DNA of 64,000 nucleotides from an uncultured bacterium (GTDB lineage Bacteria > Verrucomicrobiota > Kiritimatiellia > UBA8416 > CAMZLY01): positions 2,184 through 66,183 of the forward strand of contig CAMZLY010000041.1 of assembly GCA_947311825.1 (NCBI GenBank), given 5' to 3'. The translations under genes were made by a program, and so were the position numbers. The notes beneath the pieces were generated by a model, which made no database searches, had not been told where the DNA came from, and saw only the letters and a list, made by a program, of their open reading frames with translations. Of the stretch, positions 18,959 to 29,520 are shown piece after piece (within the stretch, counting starts at the first letter, position 1; every line of letters begins with the position of its first letter).

Positions 18959-19951
18959 ATGAATAAGTTCGGTAAGTTGGCAGTTGTTTTAATGGTGTTT
19001 GTAAGTGTGTTATTTGTTGGTTCGGCAGAGGCTGGATTTATGGATAAGCTTAAGGGTAAGGGTGATAGTGTTAGCAGTGAGCCTAAACATAAGGCAGAAA
19101 AAAAGGCTGAAGGTAATTTACGGTATTCAATTTCTGTTACTACTTTCCAGAAAGCTTATCAGTGGGTTGGTCCGTATGATATAGCGGGTGCATTTTCCAT
19201 GATGCTTACTGATGCATTAAATTCGTCTGGTCATTTTATTGTGCTTGGTGATACTGATATGCGAATGGCAGCAATGGCGGAACAAGATTTTGCATCTTCT
19301 GGCAGAACGGCCGGTGGTAAGAAGGCGCCTAAAAAAGGTCGTATGACACCGGCTCAGTTATTGATTAAAGGTACGGTTACTCATGTTGAGTCTAAGAAGT
19401 CTGGCGGGGCTGGTAAGCTGCGATTTAAAGGTATTTCGCTGGGTGGTTCCAAGGGTAAGGCGGAAATAAATCTTACTTTTAATGTGATTGATACAGAGAC
19501 GGGGCAGATTAAAGCGAGTACAAAAATTATTGGTAAGTCCGGTAAAAAAGGATTGTCAGTTGGCTATTATGGTTCTGGTTTGGGCGGCTTGACTGGTAAT
19601 ATGGCTGGATTTAAAAATGATAATGTTGGTAAGGCGACTGAAGATGCAATGCGGCAGGCGGTTGAGTTTTTGGTTGAGCAGTTGGAAGACATTCCGTGGC
19701 AGGGTTCTATTATGATGTCGAAAGGTTCTAAGATTATTGTAAATCGCGGTAGCCGTGAGGGTGTTGCAGTTGGACAGAAGTTTACGGTGGGTGATGTTGA
19801 GGAGTTGGTTGACGAGGATACTGGAGAGGTTCTTGATACTGAGATTACAAAGGTTGGCACGATCGAGGTTACTAAGGTTAAGGAAAAAATTAGTTATTGT
19901 AAGGCTTTGAGTGGTGACGGTTTCAAGAAAGGAATGACTGTTCAGCCGTAG
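18959..19951 (+). CDS. secreted CsgG/HfaB-like family protein (tentative)
   Basis: N-terminal signal peptide and Gly/Lys-rich segments; overall pattern reminiscent of CsgG-like lipoprotein folds. The assignment is weak. Confidence 0.4.
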   Translation: MNKFGKLAVVLMVFVSVLFVGSAEAGFMDKLKGKGDSVSSEPKHKAEKKAEGNLRYSISVTTFQKAYQWVGPYDIAGAFSMMLTDALNSSGHFIVLGDTDMRMAAMAEQDFASSGRTAGGKKAPKKGRMTPAQLLIKGTVTHVESKKSGGAGKLRFKGISLGGSKGKAEINLTFNVIDTETGQIKASTKIIGKSGKKGLSVGYYGSGLGGLTGNMAGFKNDNVGKATEDAMRQAVEFLVEQLEDIPWQGSIMMSKGSKIIVNRGSREGVAVGQKFTVGDVEELVDEDTGEVLDTEITKVGTIEVTKVKEKISYCKALSGDGFKKGMTVQP

Positions 19952-20014
19952 GTTTTACGGGTAAATTGCGAGCAGGCAAACCTGTGGGTTGAGAAGTTTT
20001 GTGGTTAGGCGGGT

Positions 20015-21283
20015 CTATTTATGTTGATTGATGCGGAGGACAGATCCTGATTCTGGTTCCCAGATATCTAGGTTTGCCGGTATTGCCATGCTATTCTTTT
20101 CTGTGTTGGCAGTTACTGCTTTAGCGTTATCAAATTTTATTGAGCGGACATCCATGTGGTCTTTAAATACGTGAACAAGTTTGAATTGGTGAAATGAGTC
20201 TGCTGCCATGGTCCATGGTTTGCTATCATTTGACGGGCGAAGAGGTGCACCCCAAGTGCCTTCGCCGATATAGGTTGTGCCGCGTTTATCATCACGGATA
20301 AAGCTTTCAAAACTGTCAGGACCATTATCAGGTCTTATGGGGTAGGTGCGTTTTACTGTATGGCTGTCTGATTCTACTACTAGGTTTACGCCGTAGTCGT
20401 AAAAAAGTTGTGCCCAAGCATTGATACTTTTTAACATTTCTGCTTTGTTTTTTGTGTGTGGTCGCATTGGGCGGTGGTAGGCTACTACTTGCCATGTTGC
20501 ATTAGTGTTGTTTTTTAGTTCATTTGCTATCCATTTGGTTTGCTTGTTCCATTCTTTTTTGTATTTAAATTGTAGTTCTGAGTTTAGTGCATAAATGTGC
20601 ATGAAATTATCGCTAATATTTACACTGTAATATGATGCTGGGTTTTTAAGGTCGAATAGTTTGCTAATGGCTTCAAAGTCGTTGTTTTCATGGTTCCCGT
20701 GGGTAGGTATGATGGGGTACATTCTTCCATCTTCGCTACGGGTGTGTTGCCAGTCGTCTAGCCAATTTTTGCATAAGTCTGGGTTTATATGACCTACATA
20801 GTCGCCGCCGAATAGAACGAAGAGGGGACGAAGTTTACTTACCAAAAGGTTGCCTGCAGTTCTTGCTTTGCGGTTTCCACGGGAGTCGCCGCCGGTGATA
20901 AAGGTGAATGGTTGTGGTTTTGCCGGTGCTGTTCTGAACTGCATATTTGGGCTGACACCTTCGCTGTCTTTGATTCGGAAGTTGTAGAGTGTGTCTGGTT
21001 TGAGGTCTTTTAGTCGGGCAAAGTTGTTGTTCATGTCCATATATATTTCTGTTCGATCGGCAAATTGAGATTTTGTTTTTTGATTTTTATTTGTGGAATT
21101 ATGTATGTTGTATTGCACAATGGGGTAGTTGCCACTTATTTGATCCCAGCCAATGACCATGGTGGTTGCCGGGTCATCGCGCCAGCTTAAGCGGTATCTT
21201 GCAGTTTTCGCTTGGGTTGACAAAGATATTGCAAATTGTATAAATAGGCAGGGGAGTAAAAGATATATCGTTTTATGTGTCAT
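20015..21283 (-). CDS. purple acid phosphatase-like metallophosphoesterase with an N-terminal fibronectin-III-like domain
   Basis: Signal peptide, GDSRGN, GGDYVGH, GNHE motifs (PAP family); 422 aa. Confidence 0.75.
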   Translation of the reverse strand: MTHKTIYLLLPCLFIQFAISLSTQAKTARYRLSWRDDPATTMVIGWDQISGNYPIVQYNIHNSTNKNQKTKSQFADRTEIYMDMNNNFARLKDLKPDTLYNFRIKDSEGVSPNMQFRTAPAKPQPFTFITGGDSRGNRKARTAGNLLVSKLRPLFVLFGGDYVGHINPDLCKNWLDDWQHTRSEDGRMYPIIPTHGNHENNDFEAISKLFDLKNPASYYSVNISDNFMHIYALNSELQFKYKKEWNKQTKWIANELKNNTNATWQVVAYHRPMRPHTKNKAEMLKSINAWAQLFYDYGVNLVVESDSHTVKRTYPIRPDNGPDSFESFIRDDKRGTTYIGEGTWGAPLRPSNDSKPWTMAADSFHQFKLVHVFKDHMDVRSIKFDNAKAVTANTEKNSMAIPANLDIWEPESGSVLRINQHK

Positions 21284-21337
21284 AATTGATTCCTTTTTAT
21301 TTTTATTAGGAGGTAAAGATATAGTAGTTATCTTGTT

Positions 21338-23005
21338 TTGTCATCTGATTTTTGGTGGATGTTTGACAGAACGCATATTTTTGTCCATTATTCGTTGATT
21401 ATGAGAATTTTAGATTGCGATTATTTTGTGGTTGGCAGCGGTATTGCCGGATTGATGTCTGCACTTGGACTCAGCAGGTATGGGAAAGTTGTTGTTGCCA
21501 CAAAGAAAGAGTGTGCTGATAGCAATACTAATTATGCACAGGGCGGAATTGCCTGCGTGGTTCGTGATGATGATAGTTTTGATGATCATATTGCTGATAC
21601 GCTTGATGCTGGTGCGGGGTTGTGTGATGAAAGAGTTGTTAAAGAGATTGTAAGTGGGGGGCCTGAGCGTATTGCTGAGCTTGAACGGCTGGGGATGGAG
21701 TTTGCTGCAAACAAAGATTCTAGTGATGGTCGTTATGACCTAGGTAAAGAAGGTGGACATTCTCATCGCCGGGTGTTTCATGCTGGGGATATTACTGGTG
21801 CAAAAGTTGAGGCGGCTCTTTTGGCACAGGTTGCTGAATCTCCGAATATAACCATTTGTGATCATTTTATGGTGGTGGACTTGATTACTACTAGCTGGCT
21901 GGGGATTGATTCTGATAATCGTTGTGTGGGTGCTTATGTGTTGGATAGTAGTACTAAAGAAATGGCAGTAGTGCGTGCTCCGCATGTTGTGCTTGCTAGT
22001 GGTGGTGGTGGGAAAGTGTATTTATATACGAGTAATCCTGATGTTGCTACCGGCGATGGGGTTGCAATGGCATGGCGGGGGGGGGTTCCGATTGCTAATA
22101 TGGAGTTTATTCAGTTTCATCCTACTTGTCTTCATCATCCTGATGCGAAATCATTTTTGATTAGTGAGGCGGTACGTGGCGAGGGGGCGATGCTGGTTGA
22201 TGCGGCAGGGCATCCTTTTATGGATAAATATGATAATCGTCAGAGTTTGGCGCCTCGTGATATTGTGGCACGTGCTATTGACCATGAAATGAAAGAGCAT
22301 GGCGAGCTTTGTATGTATCTTGATGTGCGACACAAATCAGAAGAATTTTTGAAAGAGAGATTTGAGAATATTTATAAAAAGTGTCTTGGTTTTGGAATTG
22401 ATATGGCACGTGACTTGGTGCCGGTTGTTCCAGCGGCACATTATTTTTGTGGTGGGGTTAAGGCTACTATTGATGGTCGTACCGAATTAGATGGGCTTTA
22501 CGCCTGTGGTGAGGTGGCTTGTACCGGGTTACATGGAGCAAATAGACTTGCTAGTAATTCGTTATTGGAAGCATTGGTTTGTTCGTGTGAGATGGTAAGA
22601 TTTATTGGTGAGATGCCGAAAGCGGAGTCGTATGATAAGGTTGCTATTCCCGATTGGGAATTTGGTGATGCTGTACGTAGTGATGAGCAGATTGTGGTTG
22701 AACATAACTGGAGTGAGTTGCGTACTTGTATGTGGGATTATGTAGGTATTGTTAGAGCTGATAAGAGGTTGGAGCGTGCTTATCGTAGGATTAGAAATCT
22801 TAAACAGGAAATTCGAGAGTATTATCTGGATTATCTGGTTACACCTGATATGTTGGAGTTGAGAAATATTGCGGCAGTGGCAGAGTTGATTGTTAAATCG
22901 GCAATGCAACGTAAAGAAAGTAGGGGGTTGCATTATACGTTGGATTATCCTGAGATGATGGATGAAGCGAAGGATACGGTTATTACTCGAACGATGAACG
23001 AGTGA
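21338..23005 (+). CDS. nadB: L-aspartate oxidase
   Basis: FAD-binding VVGSGIAG and the succinate-dehydrogenase-flavoprotein-like fold (NYAQGGIA). The probable real start is ATG 21401 (MRILDCDYFVVGSG). Confidence 0.85.
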   Translation: MSSDFWWMFDRTHIFVHYSLIMRILDCDYFVVGSGIAGLMSALGLSRYGKVVVATKKECADSNTNYAQGGIACVVRDDDSFDDHIADTLDAGAGLCDERVVKEIVSGGPERIAELERLGMEFAANKDSSDGRYDLGKEGGHSHRRVFHAGDITGAKVEAALLAQVAESPNITICDHFMVVDLITTSWLGIDSDNRCVGAYVLDSSTKEMAVVRAPHVVLASGGGGKVYLYTSNPDVATGDGVAMAWRGGVPIANMEFIQFHPTCLHHPDAKSFLISEAVRGEGAMLVDAAGHPFMDKYDNRQSLAPRDIVARAIDHEMKEHGELCMYLDVRHKSEEFLKERFENIYKKCLGFGIDMARDLVPVVPAAHYFCGGVKATIDGRTELDGLYACGEVACTGLHGANRLASNSLLEALVCSCEMVRFIGEMPKAESYDKVAIPDWEFGDAVRSDEQIVVEHNWSELRTCMWDYVGIVRADKRLERAYRRIRNLKQEIREYYLDYLVTPDMLELRNIAAVAELIVKSAMQRKESRGLHYTLDYPEMMDEAKDTVITRTMNE

Positions 23006-23023
23006 AAATAAAGGAAAAATAAA

Positions 23024-24958
23024 ATGGGAATGAATGTTGTAGAAAAGATTTTGTCGGAGCATTTGATTAGCGGTAATTTGGTTGCCGGTGAAGAGGTTGC
23101 AATTAGAATTGATCAGGCGTTGACGCAGGATGCTACTGGTACAATGGCGTATTTGCAGTTTGAAAGCATGGGTATTGAGAAGGTTAAGTGTGAGCTGGCG
23201 GTGAGCTATATTGATCATAACACGGTTCAGGTTGGGTTTGAGAATGCTGATGATCATGCGTATTTACGTTCGGCAGCGGCTCGTTATGGTGCTGTTTTCT
23301 CGCCGCCGGGGAATGGGATATGTCATCAGGTGCATCTTGAGCGTTTTGGTGTGCCGGGTAAAACATTGCTTGGCTCTGACTCACACACACCTACTGGTGG
23401 TGGTGTTGGTATGATTGCCATAGGAGCCGGCGGAATTGATGTTGCGGTTGCTATGGGGGGTGGGGCTTTTTATTTGACTGCTCCGAAGGTGATTAAGGTT
23501 GAGCTGACTGGTGAGTTGCGTCCGTGGGTAAGTGCTAAGGATGTTATTTTGAAGGTGCTGGAGATTTTTGGTACTAAAGGTAATGTTGGTTGTATTATTG
23601 AATATGGCGGTGATGGTTTGAAAAACCTTGAGGTTCCGGAGCGAGCGACGATTACCAATATGGGTGCTGAGCTTGGTGTTACAACTTCAGTGTTTCCTAG
23701 TGATGATGTTACGAAGAAATTTTTGGCAGCTCAGGAGCGTGGGGGTGTATGGCATGAGATTGTTGCGGATGAGGATGCTGAGTATGCACAGGTGGTTAAA
23801 ATTGATCTATCTGAAGTTATGCCGATGGCGGCAGCTCCGCATTCGCCGGGGAATGTTGTTCCTATTATATCGTTGGCGGGAAAGAAAGTTGATCAGGTCT
23901 TGATTGGTTCTTGTACAAATTCATCTTATGTTGATTTGAAGACTGTGGCAAAGTTATTGAAGGGTAAGGTTGTTCATCCTGATGTTAGTTTTGGGATTGC
24001 ACCGGGGTCGCGGCAGGTATTGAATATGCTGGCAGAGGAAGGGTATCTGAGTGATTTATTGAGCAGTGGTGCACGTTTATTGGAAAGTGCGTGTGGCTTT
24101 TGTATTGGGAATTCACAGTCGCCAGGAACAAATGCGGTTTCGTTGCGTACCAGTAATAGGAATTTTGAGGGGCGTTCAGGAACTCCGTCGGCTGATGTCT
24201 ATTTGGTTAGTCCGGCAACGGCTGCTTTGGCGGCATTGCGTGGTTGTTTTGTTGATCCTGAAGGCGTGATTGATATCAAGTATCCCAAAGTGAAAATGCC
24301 TAAAACGTTTAAGATTGATGATTCGCATTTTATTGGGTTGTCACGTGAGGCAAATAGTGATGTTGAAGTTGTGCGTGGTCCGAATATTGGTGTAGTTCCT
24401 GCTGGTGAAGAATGTGCGGAGGCTCTAAATGGAATATCGGCAATTAAGGTTGGTGATAAGATTACGACTGACCATATTATGCCGGCTGGTGCTAGGTTGA
24501 AATATAGGTCTAATATTGCTAAGTATGCAGAGTTTGTGTTTGAGGGTGTTGATCCTGAGTTTCCGGGGCGTGCGGCATTGAATCGTGATGCCGGTATTGC
24601 GAATGTGATTGTGGCTGGTGAATCTTATGGGCAGGGGTCTAGTCGTGAGCATGCGGCTTTGTGTCCGATGTTTTTGGGGGTAAAGGTTGTGATTGCTAAG
24701 TCTATAGAGCGTATTCACATGGCAAATTTGATAAATTTCGGGATTGTACCATTTATGTTTGCCGATCAATCTGATTATGAAAAGATTGATCAGGGTGATA
24801 TATTAAAGATTAAAGGTTTTAGGAGTGCGGTCATGGGAAATGATAGTGTTGTTTTGAGAAACGAGACAAAGGGTGTTGATATCGCATTGGTTTTGAATAT
24901 TTCCGATAGACAGCGTGAGATTTTGCTGGCTGGCGGGCTTTTGATGTATAATGGGTAA
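23024..24958 (+). CDS. aconitase-family hydratase (short-form aconitate hydratase-like; catalytic plus swivel domains in one 644 aa chain)
   Basis: GSDSHT, CTNSS, SRN motifs of the aconitase superfamily. The exact substrate cannot be fixed from sequence. Confidence 0.75.
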   Translation: MGMNVVEKILSEHLISGNLVAGEEVAIRIDQALTQDATGTMAYLQFESMGIEKVKCELAVSYIDHNTVQVGFENADDHAYLRSAAARYGAVFSPPGNGICHQVHLERFGVPGKTLLGSDSHTPTGGGVGMIAIGAGGIDVAVAMGGGAFYLTAPKVIKVELTGELRPWVSAKDVILKVLEIFGTKGNVGCIIEYGGDGLKNLEVPERATITNMGAELGVTTSVFPSDDVTKKFLAAQERGGVWHEIVADEDAEYAQVVKIDLSEVMPMAAAPHSPGNVVPIISLAGKKVDQVLIGSCTNSSYVDLKTVAKLLKGKVVHPDVSFGIAPGSRQVLNMLAEEGYLSDLLSSGARLLESACGFCIGNSQSPGTNAVSLRTSNRNFEGRSGTPSADVYLVSPATAALAALRGCFVDPEGVIDIKYPKVKMPKTFKIDDSHFIGLSREANSDVEVVRGPNIGVVPAGEECAEALNGISAIKVGDKITTDHIMPAGARLKYRSNIAKYAEFVFEGVDPEFPGRAALNRDAGIANVIVAGESYGQGSSREHAALCPMFLGVKVVIAKSIERIHMANLINFGIVPFMFADQSDYEKIDQGDILKIKGFRSAVMGNDSVVLRNETKGVDIALVLNISDRQREILLAGGLLMYNG

Positions 24959-25220
24959 AAATAGCTTCATATTGGAGTTTTAGAAGAGGCGTTATTAAAT
25001 TTTTAAAAAAATATTCGTTAGATAGTTGACATAGTTGCATATTTTGATAAGTTGTTGCGGTTTTGACTCCCGAAAGAAAGGAATCAAGCGATAATAAAAA
25101 TTTAGATAGACGGCGGTACTGCAGGCGATTAATCAATGATCATTTGGTTAGTGGATGTTTTGTACGGTTGTTTTTCTGTTGTTAAGTAGGTGGCTACTGA
25201 AGCGGATGAAATATTAGGTC

Positions 25221-25296
25221 GCCCATGTAGCTCAGTCGGTAGAGCACGTCCTTGGTAAGGACGAGGTCAGCGGTTCAATCCCGCTCATGGGCTCCA
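25221..25296 (+). tRNA. tRNA-Thr (anticodon GGU)
   Basis: Manual cloverleaf fold: acceptor GCCCATG/CATGGGC, anticodon loop TTGGTAA, T-loop TTCAATC, encoded CCA. This is the classic position upstream of tuf. Confidence 0.85.
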
Positions 25297-25348
25297 TAGT
25301 TTGAAGAAGAGTATAATATAGAAAATAGTTAGTTGGAGGAAGTACACG

Positions 25349-26557
25349 ATGGCAAAGGAAACATTTGACAGATCAAAACCGCATGTAAACGTAGGAACAA
25401 TTGGTCACGTTGACCATGGTAAGACTACATTGACAGCAGCACTTACAAAAGTGCAGTCACTTAAAGGGTTATGTGAGTTTGTTGCATACGATACAGTGGC
25501 AAAGGCTTCTGAATCACAAGGTCGCCGTGATTCAACAAAGATTATGACTATTGCGACATCTCATGTTGAGTACAGTTCAGAGAATCGTCATTATGCTCAT
25601 GTTGATTGCCCTGGTCATGCTGATTACGTTAAAAACATGATTACTGGTGCCGCACAGATGGATGGAGCTATTTTGGTTGTAAGTGCAGCTGATGGTCCAA
25701 TGCCTCAGACTCGTGAGCATATTCTACTTGCTCGTCAGGTTGGTGTGCCGGCGATTGTTGTTTTTCTTAATAAGGTAGATTTGGTTGACGATCCGGAATT
25801 ATTGGAATTGGTTGAACTTGAAATCAGAGAGTTACTTTCGAAATATGATTATCCTGGCGATGATATCCCAATTATTCAGGGTGATTCACTTTCTGCAACA
25901 CAGGCTAACTCACCTGACGATCCTGCATGTCAATGTATTCAAGACTTGCTAGATGCGTTGGATAGCTATATTGAAGAGCCAGTTCGTGTTATTGATCAGG
26001 ATTTCTTGATGCCGATTGAGGATGTGTTCTCAATTGAAGGACGCGGAACAGTTGTAACAGGTCGTGTTGAGCGCGGAATTATTAAGGTTGGCGAAGAGGT
26101 TGAAATTATTGGTCTTAAAGACACGGTAAAGACAACAGTTACTGGTGTTGAAATGTTCCGTAAGCTTCTTGATGAAGGTAGAGCCGGTGATAACATTGGT
26201 GTACTACTTCGTGGTATTAAGAAAGAAGATGTAGAGCGTGGGCAGGTACTGGCTAAACCAGGATCTATTACACCGCACACTGATTTTAATTGCGAAGTGT
26301 ATATTCTAAGCAAGGATGAAGGTGGACGTCATACTCCATTCTTTAAAGGATACCGTCCTCAGTTTTACATCCGTACAACTGATGTAACAGGTGATGTTAC
26401 ATTGCCTGAAGGTGTTGAGATGGTTATGCCTGGTGATAATATTCACATGGACGTTAAGTTGATTGTTCCTGTAGCATTGGAAGAAAAGATGCGCTTTGCT
26501 ATTCGTGAAGGTGGGCGTACTGTTGGTGCTGGGACAGTTGTAACAATTAAATCATAA
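25349..26557 (+). CDS. tuf: elongation factor Tu
   Basis: [21 protein letters not shown] motifs; 402 aa. The switch I segment is 5 aa longer than usual and divergent (see findings). Confidence 0.95.
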   Translation: MAKETFDRSKPHVNVGTIGHVDHGKTTLTAALTKVQSLKGLCEFVAYDTVAKASESQGRRDSTKIMTIATSHVEYSSENRHYAHVDCPGHADYVKNMITGAAQMDGAILVVSAADGPMPQTREHILLARQVGVPAIVVFLNKVDLVDDPELLELVELEIRELLSKYDYPGDDIPIIQGDSLSATQANSPDDPACQCIQDLLDALDSYIEEPVRVIDQDFLMPIEDVFSIEGRGTVVTGRVERGIIKVGEEVEIIGLKDTVKTTVTGVEMFRKLLDEGRAGDNIGVLLRGIKKEDVERGQVLAKPGSITPHTDFNCEVYILSKDEGGRHTPFFKGYRPQFYIRTTDVTGDVTLPEGVEMVMPGDNIHMDVKLIVPVALEEKMRFAIREGGRTVGAGTVVTIKS

Positions 26558-26576
26558 ATTAACAAATAAAGATCGG

Positions 26577-26613
26577 GGCGTTCAGAAGCTGAACGCCTCG
26601 ATATTTTGATTTT
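26577..26613 (+). terminator. rho-independent terminator/attenuator after tuf
   Basis: Hairpin GGCGTTCAG-AAG-CTGAACGCC followed by a T-rich tract. Confidence 0.6.
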
Positions 26614-26630
26614 AACCGGATGGGGCTGTA

Positions 26631-26783
26631 ATGGCGAGAGATCATGCAATATTGGCTTGTACGGAGTGCAAGCGGCGTAATTACATTAAGACGCGTAATA
26701 AAAAGACAATGGCTGAGCGTATAGAGCTCAAGAAGTACTGTCGTTTTGATCGGAAACATACAGTGCATAGAGAAGTTAAATAA
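26631..26783 (+). CDS. rpmG: 50S ribosomal protein L33
   Basis: 50 aa ORF, not in the supplied track: [50 protein letters not shown], with the L33 zinc-ribbon CxxC ... C pattern. Confidence 0.85.
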   Translation: MARDHAILACTECKRRNYIKTRNKKTMAERIELKKYCRFDRKHTVHREVK

Positions 26784-26813
26784 ATAATTTTTTTGCGGGA
26801 CTAGGTGTTTGTT

Positions 26814-26890
26814 AGGCCAGTAGCTCAATTTGGCAGAGCATCGGTCTCCAAAACCGAGGGTTGGGGGTTCGATTCCCTCCTGGCCTGCCA
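26814..26890 (+). tRNA. tRNA-Trp (anticodon CCA)
   Basis: Manual fold: acceptor AGGCCAG/CTGGCCT, anticodon loop CTCCAAA, T-loop TTCGATT. Conserved rpmG-tRNATrp-secE arrangement. Confidence 0.85.
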
Positions 26891-26948
26891 GTAAAATGGC
26901 GGCGAATATTTAGTTTTGAGTAGTTTTAGGTAGAGAGTTCAGCTAGTT

Positions 26949-27149
26949 ATGAGTGAAAAGCAGAGTATTTTAAGTGGCATTAAAGGCTTTTTTTCTGATG
27001 TTGGTGCAGAGATGCATAAGATCACATGGCCGGAGCGTCAGGAGTTAGTTGGATCTACTGTAGTTGTTATTGTTTCGGTTGTGTTGTTTAGTTTGTTCAT
27101 AGCCGTTTCTGACAAGGTTCTTGTAGAGATTTTGAAGTTATTGACCTAA
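26949..27149 (+). CDS. secE: preprotein translocase subunit SecE
   Basis: 66 aa, single C-terminal TM; sits in the conserved position before nusG. Confidence 0.85.
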   Translation: MSEKQSILSGIKGFFSDVGAEMHKITWPERQELVGSTVVVIVSVVLFSLFIAVSDKVLVEILKLLT

Positions 27150-27161
27150 GGCAAAATTCTT

Positions 27162-27713
27162 ATGGAAAAACAGTGGTTTGTATTACATACGTTGACCGGA
27201 CAGGAATACAAGGTTCGAGATAGCATTATGATTCGTCGTGAGTCGGCGGAGATGGATGAATATATTGAGGAAGTATTGATTCCTACGGAGAAGGTATCCG
27301 AGGTCAAAAAAGGTGTGCGTTCAACTAGTACCCGTAAGTTTTTTCCTGGGTATGTGTTGGTTAATATGGCTCTTTTTGATGAAGAGCGTAATATTAGAGA
27401 GCGGGCATGGTATTTTATAAAAGATACACCTGGCACAATCGGCTTTATCGGAGGGGAATGTCCGGTACCGCTAAGAGATTCGGAAGTACAGGATATTTTA
27501 GATCAGGCGGAAGATAAGACTGATTCGGCTAAGCCGAAGATTAGTTTTGAGCCTGGCGAGACGGTAAAAATTATTGATGGTCCGTTTGTTAGCTTCAATG
27601 GAATTGTTGAAGAAGTTGACCCTGACCGCGGAAAGATTAAAGTGTCGGTTGCTATTTTCGGAAGAGCAGCACCGGTCGAATTGGAATATTGGCAAGTAGA
27701 ACGCGAAGAATAG
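27162..27713 (+). CDS. nusG: transcription termination/antitermination factor NusG
   Basis: NGN domain plus C-terminal KOW; 183 aa. Confidence 0.92.
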   Translation: MEKQWFVLHTLTGQEYKVRDSIMIRRESAEMDEYIEEVLIPTEKVSEVKKGVRSTSTRKFFPGYVLVNMALFDEERNIRERAWYFIKDTPGTIGFIGGECPVPLRDSEVQDILDQAEDKTDSAKPKISFEPGETVKIIDGPFVSFNGIVEEVDPDRGKIKVSVAIFGRAAPVELEYWQVEREE

Positions 27714-27764
27714 TAGGTGTATCCTCACCAGTTGAAAGACAGTGGGTTTTGATGGAGAAAAAGA

Positions 27765-28187
27765 ATGGCTAAGAAAGTCACAGGAAAAATTAAGCTACAG
27801 ATTCCTGCCGGGCAGGCTAATCCGGCACCGCCTGTTGGTCCTGCATTGGGGCAACATGGTGTTAATATTATGGAGTTCTGTAAGGCATTTAACGCAAAGA
27901 CACAGGATCAGGCTGGTTTGGTTATACCAGTTGTTATATCAGTTTTTCAGGATAGGTCCTTTACATTTATCACAAAAAGTCCACCTGCAGCGTCGTTATT
28001 GAAACGTACGGTTGGTTTGGCTAAAGGGTCGGGTGTACCGAATCGTGATAAAGTTGGTAAAGTGACTCGTGAACAGTTGTTGGAGATTGCGGAGATCAAA
28101 AAAGATGATCTTAATGCAGTTGATGATGAAGCGCGTATAAGCATTATTGCTGGTACAGCGCGAAGCATGGGTATTGAAGTAGAGTAG
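27765..28187 (+). CDS. rplK: 50S ribosomal protein L11
   Basis: Conserved [17 protein letters not shown]-terminus. Confidence 0.95.
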   Translation: MAKKVTGKIKLQIPAGQANPAPPVGPALGQHGVNIMEFCKAFNAKTQDQAGLVIPVVISVFQDRSFTFITKSPPAASLLKRTVGLAKGSGVPNRDKVGKVTREQLLEIAEIKKDDLNAVDDEARISIIAGTARSMGIEVE

Positions 28188-28260
28188 CCCCGGTAACGAT
28201 ATAATTAACGGTTAATTATAAAGTAGGCGGTAAAGCGGACTCTCAAAAAGAGGTTAATAA

Positions 28261-28944
28261 ATGGCAAAGACTGGTAAGAAATTACGCAAGATTCTTGAAA
28301 CAGTCCCGACAGAAACTGTTGGGTTGGAAGAGGCGATAGCCTTTTTGAAGGAGAATCATCCTGCGAATTTTGATGAGACGATGGAGATGTCCATGCATAT
28401 GGGTGTTGATCCTCGTAAGTCTGAAAACTCGATACGAGGCTCTGTATCATTGCCGAACGGCACTGGTAAAGATGCTAAAGTGTTAGTATTTGCAACGGGT
28501 GAAGCGGCGGATGCTGCGACTGCTGCAGGGGCTGATTCTGTTGGGTTTGAAGATATGCTTGAGAAGGTGAAGGGTGGCTGGGTTGGCTTTGATGTGGCAA
28601 TTGCTACGCCAGAGGCGATGAAAGAAGTTCGTAAGCTTGGTCGTGTATTAGGACCACGCGGACTGATGCCTAACCCGAAGACTGGAACGGTAACTGATGA
28701 TACCGCTGCCGCTGTAAAGGTGGCAAAAGCTGGTAAGGTTAATTTCAGAATGGATCGTCAGGCTAATATAAACTTTTTGTTTGGAAAAGTTTCATTTGAG
28801 CCTGCTGCACTTCTGGAAAATGTTAAAACAGTTATTGACGCTGTGTTGCACGAGCGCCCTGCTGCAGCTAAAGGTGAATACGTTAAACGTTGCACTGTTA
28901 GCACTACTATGGGTGCCGGCATCAGAGTAAGGATTAAGGATTAA
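28261..28944 (+). CDS. rplA: 50S ribosomal protein L1
   Basis: 227 aa, conserved L1 sequence. Confidence 0.95.
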   Translation: MAKTGKKLRKILETVPTETVGLEEAIAFLKENHPANFDETMEMSMHMGVDPRKSENSIRGSVSLPNGTGKDAKVLVFATGEAADAATAAGADSVGFEDMLEKVKGGWVGFDVAIATPEAMKEVRKLGRVLGPRGLMPNPKTGTVTDDTAAAVKVAKAGKVNFRMDRQANINFLFGKVSFEPAALLENVKTVIDAVLHERPAAAKGEYVKRCTVSTTMGAGIRVRIKD

Positions 28945-28946
28945 CG

Positions 28947-29465
28947 ATGAGACCGGAAAAAGAAGCTATTTTAAGAGAGTATAGCGATAATCTTGATTCT
29001 GCAGATTATGTTATTTTGGCTGATTGCCGTGGTATGACGATGGAGCAGTTCGATGAATTGCGAGGTAAGCTTCGTGCTGATGACGGCAAATTGCAGATTA
29101 TTAGAAATAAGATTTATGCGAAAGCGGCTGAAAAATTAGGTAAGACAATTGATGGCGAGTGCTTCATTGGTCCTACTGCTGCTATTAGCGGTACCGGAGA
29201 CGTTACTGTTATTGCAAAATCTATTAAAAACTATGCAATACAGACTAAATTACCTGTCGTAAAAGGCGGATTATTGGGTGATAGAGGTCTAACGGCAGTT
29301 GATGTTAAAGCTTTGGCTGATATGCCATCGCGTGAAGTTATGCTAGGAATGTTTGTCGGAACAGTTGCGGCACCAATGACCCAGCTTGTAGGGGTTGTTA
29401 ACCAGAAACTGTTAACGCTGCTGTACGTCCTGAAGGCGGTTGCAGATAAGAAAAATGGTGAGTAA
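28947..29465 (+). CDS. rplJ: 50S ribosomal protein L10
   Basis: 172 aa, L10 family. Starts 2 nt after the rplA stop, with no long leader. Confidence 0.9.
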   Translation: MRPEKEAILREYSDNLDSADYVILADCRGMTMEQFDELRGKLRADDGKLQIIRNKIYAKAAEKLGKTIDGECFIGPTAAISGTGDVTVIAKSIKNYAIQTKLPVVKGGLLGDRGLTAVDVKALADMPSREVMLGMFVGTVAAPMTQLVGVVNQKLLTLLYVLKAVADKKNGE

Positions 29466-29520
29466 ATAAAAAGAAGATATAGTACTTATATGTGAGTGCG
29501 TATTAGAGGAGAAGTTAGTC

